NCBI GenBank assembly: GCA_965213625.1
Contig: CBDBZU010000004.1
Span: 128,001-192,000, forward strand
Length of the DNA: 64,000 bases
Source: a bacterium
GTDB taxonomy: Bacteria > UBA8248
Reading direction: 5' to 3'
The notes under the pieces are model-generated. The model was not told the origin of the DNA. It saw only the letters and a program-made list of their open reading frames with translations, and searched no databases. The position numbers and the translations under genes are program-made. Shown piece after piece: positions 36,980-45,172 of this stretch (position 1 is the first letter of the stretch; the number at the start of each line of letters is the position of its first letter).

Positions 36980-38341
36980 CTAGGCGTCGAAATACTCGCG
37001 CGTGACCTTGAAGACCATCGGCGCGAGCAGGAGCAGGCCGATGAGGTTGGGCACCGCCATCAGCCCGTTCAGCGTGTCAGACAAGTTCCAGACGAAGGCC
37101 ACCTTCACGTTCGCGAAGCCGAGCGCCGCCAGCACCCACAGGCCCCGGTAGACCATGAGGCTGTTCTCGCTGAAGAGATACTGCCAGCACCGCTCGCCGT
37201 AGTACGACCAGCCCAGGATGGTGGTGAAGGCGAATACGGCCAGCGCAAGCGTGACGATGTAGTTCCCGCCCGCGATGGTGCTCTGGAAACCCGCCGAGGT
37301 GAGCAAAACGCCCGTCAAGCCCTTGCCGGCCGCGTCCTTCAGCACCCATGCGCCCGAAGTCAGGATGACCAGCGCCGTCATCGTGCAGACCACGATGGTG
37401 TCGATGAAGGTGCCGAGCATGGCGATGACGCCCTGGCGGACCGGGCTGTTCGTCTGCGCCGCCGCGTGCGCGATGGCCGCCGAGCCCAGTCCCGATTCGT
37501 TCGAGAACACGCCGCGCGCGACGCCGAAGCGAACCGCCGCCGCCACCGCAGCGCCCGCGAAACCGCCCGCTGCCGCCGCCGGGGTAAAGGCGTGCTTGAA
37601 GATGAGGCCGATGGCCGCCGGCACTGCGGTGATGTTGATGAGAATGATGATGAGCGCAGCGCCCACATACAGCACGATCATCGCAGGCACGAGCTTGCCC
37701 GCCACCTCGCCGATCCGCTGGATGCCGCCCAGGATGACGAAGCCCACCAGCCCGGCCACGACGACCCCCGTCAGCCAGGTGGGGATCAGAAAGCTGTCGG
37801 CAAGCGCGGTCGCCATCGAATTCACCTGCACGGCGTTACCGATGCCGAAGGCCGCCACCGCGCCGAACACGGCGAACGCGAGCCCCAGCCACTTGGCGAG
37901 TTCGGGCGCGAATTCACCCACGCCGTTCCTGAGATAATACATGGGACCGCCCACGTACTTGCCCGCCGCGTCCACCTCGCGGTAGGTGACCGCGCAGACG
38001 GCTTCTGCGTATTTCGTCGCCATGCCGAAGAGCGCGATGAGCCACATGTAGAAGATGGCCCCCGGTCCGCCCAGGGCGATGGCGGTGGCGACGCCGGCGA
38101 TGTTCCCGGTGCCGACGGTAGCGGAGAGCGCCGTCATCAGCGCGTTGAAGGGCTTGACCTCACCCTCGCCGACCTCCCCCTCCGTGTCGTACAAGAGCCT
38201 GAAGCCGTAGCCCACCTTGCGCCAGGGCATGAATACCATCCCCAGCGTGAGCAGCACGCCCGTCACGCCCAGCATGCCGAGCATCGGCGGCCCCCAGGCG
38301 AAGGCGTTCACGGAACTAATCATGGAATTCAGCCAATCCAT
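36980..38341 (-). CDS. Sodium:alanine/glycine symporter (AGCS family)
   Basis: ATVGTGNIAGVA.AI..GGPGAIF.MW, GGPMYY, RGVFSNESGLGS, FAFTTILGWSYYGE. Confidence 0.95.
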   Translation of the reverse strand: MDWLNSMISSVNAFAWGPPMLGMLGVTGVLLTLGMVFMPWRKVGYGFRLLYDTEGEVGEGEVKPFNALMTALSATVGTGNIAGVATAIALGGPGAIFYMWLIALFGMATKYAEAVCAVTYREVDAAGKYVGGPMYYLRNGVGEFAPELAKWLGLAFAVFGAVAAFGIGNAVQVNSMATALADSFLIPTWLTGVVVAGLVGFVILGGIQRIGEVAGKLVPAMIVLYVGAALIIILINITAVPAAIGLIFKHAFTPAAAAGGFAGAAVAAAVRFGVARGVFSNESGLGSAAIAHAAAQTNSPVRQGVIAMLGTFIDTIVVCTMTALVILTSGAWVLKDAAGKGLTGVLLTSAGFQSTIAGGNYIVTLALAVFAFTTILGWSYYGERCWQYLFSENSLMVYRGLWVLAALGFANVKVAFVWNLSDTLNGLMAVPNLIGLLLLAPMVFKVTREYFDA

Positions 38342-38548
38342 CGCATCTACCCCCTCTTGGTGCTACGAAGTTGGCGGCCAGATGGTGTCCCACTGGTCCG
38401 GGCGGCGGACGCCATCCCTCTTAAAAAAACTACCAGACAATATTCGGGCGGGATATATATTTATACGGCGGGAGAGGCCTAGGTGAAAATACTATAAAAA
38501 AACGATGCGCCTCGCAAACAATCGAAAACCGGCCTCCGCGCGGCGTCC

Positions 38549-38982
38549 GGGGGTTGTTGAAAAAGTCCTTGCTGTTGAGTTGGGATTCCACCTGTAGGGG
38601 CCGCATAGTATGCGGCCCTTCCCGTCCGGCATTCGGGACGCATGTATGTCGGACATATATGTCCGACCTACACGGAAACGGCAATGATGCCGGAATGACG
38701 GCGGTGGTTAATTCCGAGTGAGGAGAGGGGAAATTCACTCCCCCCTTGAGGGGGAGTCGATGAAGCCGAGCGGTATTTGCGAAGGCTGAATCGGTGGGGG
38801 GTAAAATGCGTATTATTGCCATTCCGAATTATACCCCCCACCAGTTCACTTTCGGGCTTACGCCCTCAGTTCACTGTCGGTCTTCCCCGAGGGAGACCGA
38901 CCCTCAAGGGGGGAGTGAATTCCCTCTCTCATCGGTCAGTCAGATACACCGAATCGCGAAATCAGGGTTTTTCAACACCCCC
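38549..38982. mobile_element. Nested MITE: TIR element containing a REP doublet and a CACTCCCCCCTTGAG element
   Basis: GGGGGTTGTTGAAAAA...TTTTTCAACACCCCC; REP pair at ~38594-38670; inner element 38736-38917. Confidence 0.75.
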
Positions 38983-39145
38983 TTTTTCCCTTGCGCGGCC
39001 TCCCCGGTGGCGTTCATAATCAGGATATTCAACGAAACGGGAGGCGCGCGATGAAGATGCCACCGGCGGCGCTTGCCGATGGAACGCTCTCGCGGCATGC
39101 CCTAAAATGGACCGGCTTCGATCTGACACCACAGGAATGAACGAG

Positions 39146-40015
39146 ATGAGCGAAGAGACGACACCCCAAGCCGATCAATCGCAAGAGGAGAGCGCCCTCG
39201 CCTACACCCGGGCGGGAGACGCCGCCAAGGCACCGCGCCGGAAGCTGCCCAAAAAGATGTACGAGGCCGAACTCTTGAGGCTCCAGGAAGAACTCGTGAA
39301 GCTCCAGGAGTGGATAAAGGACCAGGGGCTGAAAGTGGTCGTCATATTCGAGGGACGGGACGCGGCCGGCAAGGGCGGCGTCATCAAGCGCATCACGCTG
39401 AGACTCAACCCGAGGGTGTGCCGGGTCGTGGCGCTCGCCGCGCCCACCGAGCGCGAGCAGACGCAGTGGTACTTCCAGCGCTACGCGGCCCACCTTCCCG
39501 CCGCGGGCGAGATGGTGCTCCTGGACCGCTCCTGGTACAACCGCGCGGGCGTGGAGCGGGTGATGGGATTCTGCACGGAAGAGGAATACCGCGAGTTTCT
39601 CTACTCATGCCCCACGTTCGAGCGGATGCTCGTGCGCTCGGGGATCATCCTCATCAAATACTGGTTCTCGGTGAGCGACGAGGAACAGGAACGCCGCTTC
39701 CAGGCGCGGCTTCAGGACCGCACGAGGCGCTGGAAGCTCTCGCCGATGGACCTCGAATCGCGCACCCGCTGGGTGGAGTATTCCAGGGCGAAGGACGAGA
39801 TGTTCGCCTACACCGACATCAAGCAGGCGCCCTGGTACGTGGTGGACGCGGACTCGAAGCGCCGCGCACGGCTGAACTGCATCAGCCACCTGCTCTCCCT
39901 CATCCCCTATAAGGACCTCACGCCCTCGCCCATCGAACTCCCCCCGCGCCGGGACTCGAAAGCCTACGTGCGCCCTCCCTTGAGCGAGCAGACGTTCGTG
40001 CCGGATCGGTATTAG
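39146..40015 (+). CDS. ppk2: Polyphosphate kinase 2
   Basis: FEGRDAAGKGG Walker A, WYFQRY, DRSWYNRAGVERVMGFC, WKLSPMD; start could be 39137 or 39107. Confidence 0.95.
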   Translation: MSEETTPQADQSQEESALAYTRAGDAAKAPRRKLPKKMYEAELLRLQEELVKLQEWIKDQGLKVVVIFEGRDAAGKGGVIKRITLRLNPRVCRVVALAAPTEREQTQWYFQRYAAHLPAAGEMVLLDRSWYNRAGVERVMGFCTEEEYREFLYSCPTFERMLVRSGIILIKYWFSVSDEEQERRFQARLQDRTRRWKLSPMDLESRTRWVEYSRAKDEMFAYTDIKQAPWYVVDADSKRRARLNCISHLLSLIPYKDLTPSPIELPPRRDSKAYVRPPLSEQTFVPDRY

Positions 40016-40251
40016 GGGCGTATTGCTCGAAGTTTCATGCAACGCCATTAAGACTTAAGAGCTAATACTTAATAAGAGTGTGCGTTTTGCAGTTATATTG
40101 CGCGAACGCTTCATAAGGGAATTCGTTATTAAGGGTTATGGGGTAAGTCTTAATAAGGGGATTTTGAGAGATTCCTTATTTCGTGATTTGGCTATGGAGC
40201 CGACCGGGGAGGGAGAAGATTACGCAATCCCCTTGCAGAACGCCAACCAAC

Positions 40252-40470
40252 CACTCCCCCCTTGAGGGGGAGTCGAAGAGCTGAGGGCGTAAGCCCGAAA
40301 GCGATTCGGTGGGGGGTATAACCCGGAGTGGCGATAAAACGCGATTCACCCCCCACCGATTCAGCCTTCGCACAAACCGCTCGGCTTCATCGACTCCCCC
40401 TCAAGGGGGGAGTGAAATTCAGAGCGCTCCCCCTCCAGGCATTTTCAACAACCGCTCGCGAGCGGCCCCT
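40252..40470. mobile_element. CACTCCCCCCTTGAGGGGGAGTCGA palindromic element plus a MITE end and REP
   Basis: 40252-40414 bounded by long inverted repeats; inverted homolog of 38736-38917 and 49690-49895; followed by TTTTCAACAACC and CCGCTCGCGAGCGG. Confidence 0.72.
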
Positions 40471-40508
40471 ATTTAATAAAAAGGGGGACACGAAAATCGG
40501 ATCCCCCC

Positions 40509-40640
40509 TCACACCTCCGTGCCCTCGTTCAGGATCGAGAGATATTCCTCGTAGCCGAACAGGCGGTTGCGCTTCTTGCCCGTGAGTTCGCGGACGATAC
40601 CCAGCCGCTCGAGCGCCCGCATACCGCTGGACGCCGCCAT
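40509..40640 (-). pseudogene. Fic-family protein C-terminal remnant
   Basis: Manual translation AASSGMRALERLGIVRELTGKKRNRLFGYEEYLSILNEGTEV*, the typical C-terminal wHTH tail of Fic proteins. Confidence 0.7.
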
Positions 40641-40807
40641 TCGGATTTGCGCTGTTTTACATGAAGGGCGTGGCCTCACCCCAGGTCTAGATCCAGCAGA
40701 TCTACACCGGAATCATTTCGTTCGTACTTATGCAACTGACCGGACTGGCGCTTATCATGGCATTTCCGGAAATCGCCATGTGGCTGCCGGGACAGCTGCT
40801 CAATTGA
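40631..40807 (+). pseudogene. TRAP transporter large permease (DctM) C-terminal remnant
   Basis: Manual translation TPPFGFALFYMKGVASPQV*IQQIYTGIISFVLMQLTGLALIMAFPEIAMWLPGQLLN*; TPPFG and FP..A.WLP motifs, internal stop. Confidence 0.78.
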
Positions 40808-40808
40808 G

Positions 40809-42224
40809 CTATTCCTGGGCCGGTGCGGCCAGATCGGGCCTTCGGTCGGCCCACGGTCTGGCGGCCTCGAATGCGGCGGCGGCGCGGAAGATGTCTTCCT
40901 CGTGCAGGATCTTCGAAACCATCTGCATGCCTACGGGCAGGCCGTCCCGGGTCCATCCCGCCGGCACCGAGGCAGCCGGCTGGCCCGTCAGGTTGAACGG
41001 ATAGGTGTAGTAGACCCAGGATACGATGTTGCGGTCGGGCAGCTCCGGGGGCGCGTTGCAGTTCACGTCGAAAGCCGGGACGGGAAGCGTCGGCGTCAGG
41101 AGCAGATCGTAGTCCTCGAAGAAGAGGCGTATCTTCTCGCGTAAGTCGTAGCGCCGGAAAACCTTGCCGTAATACTCGTCCAGTTCCTGATCGAGGGCGC
41201 CGGCAAGCACGTCGGCAACCGCCGGGTCGAGCAGGTCCGGCTTGTCGGCGAGCACATCCTTGAGCCGGGTTCCGACGCCGGCGTAGAACTCGGCCATCCA
41301 GATGGGGAGCGGATCCTCTTCCATGACCTGTTCGACCAGGTCCACGGTGCAGCCGAGATCCTCGAACACCCTGACGGCCTCCTCGACGATCCGGACCACC
41401 TCGCCGGTAGGCTGCGCGTAGCCGAGCGTCGGGCTCCAGGCCAGGCGCATGCCCTCGACCGGACGCTCGCAGGCGGCCAGGAAGTCGGGCACGGGCTGCG
41501 CGACGCCGAAGGGATCCCGGCGGTCGTGCCCGGCGATGGCGCTCAGCAGGAGCGCCCCGTCGCGCACGGTGCGGGTGAGCGGGCCGACATGGCCGAGCGT
41601 CGGCGTGGCGCTCGCCGGGTAGACCCCGACGCGCGCGAACTGCGCCTTGATGCCGAAAAGGCCGCTGAGCGAACTCGGGATGCGGACGGACCCGCCGCCG
41701 TCGGTTCCGAGCGCGAACGGCGTGACCCCGGCGGCAACGCTGGTCGCGGCGCCGCAGCTCGACCCGCCCGGCGTCTTGGCAAGATTCCAGGCGTTCGGCG
41801 TCACCCCGGTCAGCGGGCTGTCGCCGACCGCCTTGCAGCCGAACTCGCTGGTCGTCGACTTGCCGACGATGCAGCCGCCCTGCCGCCGCAGCCGTTCCAC
41901 CGAGGGCGCGTCGACCGCCGCGACATTGTCCGCCATCACCCGGGAGCCGAAGGTCAGCTTCAGGCCGTCCACGGCGATCATGTCCTTCACCGAGATAGGC
42001 AGGCCGTGCAGCAGTCCGAGCTCTTCGCCGGACATGACGGCCTTTTCGGCCTGCCGCGCCGCTTCGAGGGCGAGGTCGGGCGAGGTCTGGACGAAACAGT
42101 TGAGCGTCGGCTCAAGCCCGTCCATGCGCTCCAGGGACGACCCGACGAGTTCGACCGGCGAGATGTCGCCGCCCGCGATCAGGTCCTTCAACTCGATTGC
42201 CGTCATGAACGCGAAATCGCTCAT
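40809..42224 (-). CDS. Amidase signature family enzyme
   Basis: LHGLPISVKD, PGGSSCGAA, GTDGGGSVRIP (Lys-cisSer-Ser triad), PFNLTGQPA. Confidence 0.93.
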   Translation of the reverse strand: MSDFAFMTAIELKDLIAGGDISPVELVGSSLERMDGLEPTLNCFVQTSPDLALEAARQAEKAVMSGEELGLLHGLPISVKDMIAVDGLKLTFGSRVMADNVAAVDAPSVERLRRQGGCIVGKSTTSEFGCKAVGDSPLTGVTPNAWNLAKTPGGSSCGAATSVAAGVTPFALGTDGGGSVRIPSSLSGLFGIKAQFARVGVYPASATPTLGHVGPLTRTVRDGALLLSAIAGHDRRDPFGVAQPVPDFLAACERPVEGMRLAWSPTLGYAQPTGEVVRIVEEAVRVFEDLGCTVDLVEQVMEEDPLPIWMAEFYAGVGTRLKDVLADKPDLLDPAVADVLAGALDQELDEYYGKVFRRYDLREKIRLFFEDYDLLLTPTLPVPAFDVNCNAPPELPDRNIVSWVYYTYPFNLTGQPAASVPAGWTRDGLPVGMQMVSKILHEEDIFRAAAAFEAARPWADRRPDLAAPAQE

Positions 42225-42487
42225 CGTTCCCCTCCGTCGAGCCACCCGCCAAGCGTCTCGAGCGTCTTCGTAACGGCAGGCTGGCCGACTTCCACAGCCG
42301 CCGCGATGTCCGATATGCGGCTCCCTCGCCGTGATCGTTGCCTGACGATGTGATGCAGGATGCCGGACTGACCCAACGTCAGACCGTGGGGTTCCAGCAA
42401 AATGGTCATGCGTGTTCCGAAAAGCCGGCTGACATGGGACAGCCAGGTTGCACATTCGGAAACCGGCGGGCCTGTGAGATTCGACAT
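42221..42487 (-). pseudogene. Truncated MarR-family regulator
   Basis: LEPHGLTLGQ..IL..SDIAAAVEVGQPAVTKTLETL, then the wing and C-terminal helices are missing. Confidence 0.55.
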
Positions 42488-42678
42488 GGTTTCACTATTC
42501 GCTTGATTTGCATTCCAAAGAATATAAAAAAATATTCCAAGGAATACAAATTGAGATAGCGGAATGTTCCTGAAGCTGCCGGACCGCGTTCAGCGGCGGG
42601 AGAGGTTGGACGATCTCTTTGGCTGATTACGGCTGAGACTGCTCGCGAATCCGGGCCGCTCGCGAGCGGCGCCTACAG

Positions 42679-43005
42679 TCAACCGCGCGGCTCATCCTCC
42701 GCGATGCCTTTAAGCACGACCGGGGCGCGGTCGGGAAATTCGGCGACCAGCGAGAGGCGCCCGCCCATCGCCTCGACGGTCTTTCTGAGCGTGGAGAGCA
42801 GGAGGTCGCTTCGCTTCTCGAGCCTCGATACGCCGTCCTGCGTGATGCCCAACTCCTCCGCCATGCGCGCCTGTGTCAACTCCCGCGCCTTTCTGAGATC
42901 GCGCAGGGTCATCTCCTCCGCGACCAACTCCGCCGCTCGCGCCTCGACCTTCTTGCGTCGTGCGGGGCTTAGCTTTTTGATCTTTTTGTTTACGTTTACG
43001 GGCAT
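42679..43005 (-). CDS. XRE/HigA-like HTH antitoxin (orphan)
   Basis: TLRDLRKARELTQ..MAEELGITQDGVSRLEKRSDLLLSTLRKTVEAMGG.L.LVAEFPD. Confidence 0.85.
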   Translation of the reverse strand: MPVNVNKKIKKLSPARRKKVEARAAELVAEEMTLRDLRKARELTQARMAEELGITQDGVSRLEKRSDLLLSTLRKTVEAMGGRLSLVAEFPDRAPVVLKGIAEDEPRG

Positions 43006-43253
43006 GGTTCTTTCTCTCGAATGTTAGGTGTGGACGTATGATATGTTGTGGGAGACATATGTTGTCAAGTGCATGTTCTATAAAAAAGAAAGCTTTTTAG
43101 ATGTAGATTTTCTGGAGGTTGCAAGTGAAAAATAAAACGATCAGCAAGCTCCATCTTCGAGTAAATGACTAGACAAGTAGAAGTTTACCCGATAGGCAAG
43201 TTTGCGAAGAACAAAAACCACCTAATCTAATCAAGACAACTGGAGACATAAGA

Positions 43254-44210
43254 GTGAATGAATTGCCAGCTATCGTCGTACACTGCGACTGGAGCGTGGA
43301 GCAAGGAAAAAGATGGATGGCTTGTGCAGTCCGCAACGGAAACCTCTGGGAACTCAAGCAACCTGAGTTAGTTGGAACTACGAAGGACTTGTTCCAGAGG
43401 TTACAAAATCGAAAAAAAACACCTGGATGTTTATTTGTAGGTTTAGACTTTCCGATCGGCTTGCCAAAATACTACGGCGAAAAAACAGGATTCTCTAATT
43501 TTCGTAACGCTCTTCGAAATTTTGGTTGTGATAAATGGAAAGATTGGTATTCCGTTTGTGAAACTCACGAGGAAATATCAATTACTCGCCCATTCTATCC
43601 AATGAGACCTGGAGGCACCGAGCAAAAGCATCTTCTGGACGGGCTAATGTGCGAAACCCCTGAGCAACTCCTGCGTATTTGCGAGAGAAAAACAAGTAAT
43701 CGAAACGCAGCCTGCATGTTGTTTTGGACCCTTGGCGGCAATCAAGTTGGGAAAGCTGCTATTTCAGGCTGGCGTGAACTTCTTGCACCAAATTTTGATG
43801 TGTTAGGACTTTGGCCGTTCGACGGACAATTGCATGAACTGTTCGCTCAATTCGATATCGTCATCGCTGAGACATATCCTGGGGACGCTTATGGGCAACT
43901 GGGCATCCCACGATATCCCCGATGGAGCAAACGAAAGCGTGCCGGTAGACAGTCAATATCCCAACATCTTTTGAACTGGTTAAGCTCACGTCCAGTTTCA
44001 TTTCATGCAAGACTGGATAGCAACATCAGGCATGGTTTTTCAGAGAATTCACAAGGAAAAGACAAGTTCGGTGAAGATAAATTTGACGCAACCGTGGGGC
44101 TATTCTGTATGCTTGATGTGGTATGTGGCCGCATTCCCGAAAATATTCCAGGCAATAAGTCTATTACTCGTTGGGAAGGGTGGATCCTTGGGCAAGAATT
44201 CAATATCTGA
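43254..44210 (+). CDS. DUF429-like protein (predicted RNase H-fold nuclease)
   Basis: HCDWS, GLDFPIGLP, FWTLGGNQVGKAA, LWPFDG, AETYP, EDKFDA, EGWILG. Confidence 0.68.
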   Translation: MNELPAIVVHCDWSVEQGKRWMACAVRNGNLWELKQPELVGTTKDLFQRLQNRKKTPGCLFVGLDFPIGLPKYYGEKTGFSNFRNALRNFGCDKWKDWYSVCETHEEISITRPFYPMRPGGTEQKHLLDGLMCETPEQLLRICERKTSNRNAACMLFWTLGGNQVGKAAISGWRELLAPNFDVLGLWPFDGQLHELFAQFDIVIAETYPGDAYGQLGIPRYPRWSKRKRAGRQSISQHLLNWLSSRPVSFHARLDSNIRHGFSENSQGKDKFGEDKFDATVGLFCMLDVVCGRIPENIPGNKSITRWEGWILGQEFNI

Positions 44211-44336
44211 AATAGGCAATGGTCGCTCATTACAATGAGAGGTTTCCGCATGATCGAGTGACGGCATACGGATCACGGAAAATCGTCACAGCCGGGTGTA
44301 CCACACCGAGGTTGGCTCTGCGTCGGAATCGAAGAT

Positions 44337-44765
44337 TTGGAAGAACCATCCCAAATTTGTGAGATGTGTGAAAGTGTTGAAATTCGTTACGTGCATTTAA
44401 TGCAACACTCTGACTACCCTGAAACATTAGGTGTTGGTTGCATTTACGCCGAAAACATGGAGAACGACAAAGTAAATCCGGGCCGGAGAGAGAAAAAGCT
44501 GAAGACTAAGGCGCGGCGGCGGAAGAAATGGTCGAATCGTGAGTGGCGAACCTCTATCAAGGGTAATCCCTATCTCAACACCGAAGGTTTCAATTTGACT
44601 ATTTTCCCGGCAACGGGCAGTAGAGGCTTGTATTGGATGCTCCTAGTGACCCACCGAGAAAGTGGCGCCTCTCAGTTTGGCCGTCGACGCTATAGATCAG
44701 AGGAAGAAGCAAAAAAAGCCGCTCTCGATGCTTTGATCTGGACCAAGGAACATCTTGGATACTGA
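44337..44765 (+). CDS. Hypothetical protein with Zn-finger-like CEMC..IRYVH..GC motif (5' end possibly disrupted)
   Basis: The frame stays open upstream (GKSSQPGVPHRGWLCVGIEDL) back to an in-frame TGA at 44259 just after ATG 44250. Confidence 0.55.
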   Translation: MEEPSQICEMCESVEIRYVHLMQHSDYPETLGVGCIYAENMENDKVNPGRREKKLKTKARRRKKWSNREWRTSIKGNPYLNTEGFNLTIFPATGSRGLYWMLLVTHRESGASQFGRRRYRSEEEAKKAALDALIWTKEHLGY

Positions 44766-44919
44766 TCTCCATCCACACGCCTCCGTCTCTTTGCCCAGTA
44801 TCGAGAGTTTTCCCATAGTTGATCAGGCGAGTTGCGGTTTTTACAAGTATGTTCTGGGACGTTGGCCGCTCGCTTGAAAATTCTCATTCCGTTGAAAACC
44901 CTAAGAAAAGAACACCCCC

Positions 44920-44984
44920 CTACTCCACCTTTCTCCTCATCCTCTACTTCTCGGCGCGGGCGCGTTTATCCTTCAAGCGTTTTT
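44920..44984 (-). pseudogene. Displaced, diverged duplicate of the arfB 3' end
   Basis: 52/65 nt identical to 49124-49188, ungapped, with 16 consecutive identical nt (TCCTTCAAGCGTTTTT); encodes KRLKDKRARAEK*RMRRKVE* versus ArfB KRLKDKRQRADKKRMRGKVG*. Confidence 0.85.
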
Positions 44985-45172
44985 GCAGGGGAGAGTGCCA
45001 AAGACAACAATAGCTTGCCAAAGTTTGCCGCAGTACTTGGTACGGTGCATTATAATGAAAAAGATGCGGAAGTATGGTAGACAAAGCATCGAAACCAAAC
45101 GAGTGAGAAATACAGTCTCAGGATACGTCGTTAAACTATTAAAGCATGTTGAAGGCTAAAGGTGAAGGATTT

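Noticed and set aside
40047-40154. 11-bp inverted repeat ATTAAGACTTA/TAAGTCTTAAT around an AT-rich stretch after ppk2
   Set aside because: Single occurrence, short, no family or function can be supported
38549-40470. Repeats considered as a CRISPR array
   Set aside because: No regularly spaced identical repeats with unique spacers and no cas genes; these are palindromic MITE/REP elements
42564-42626. Short frame MFLKLPDRVQRRERLDDLFG* as another possible gene-tail remnant
   Set aside because: Too short to assign to any family without a search
44250-44336. In-frame TGA at 44259 as possible selenocysteine, given selAB nearby
   Set aside because: Not in a redox-type motif and no clear SECIS hairpin directly downstream; gene decay or another start is simpler
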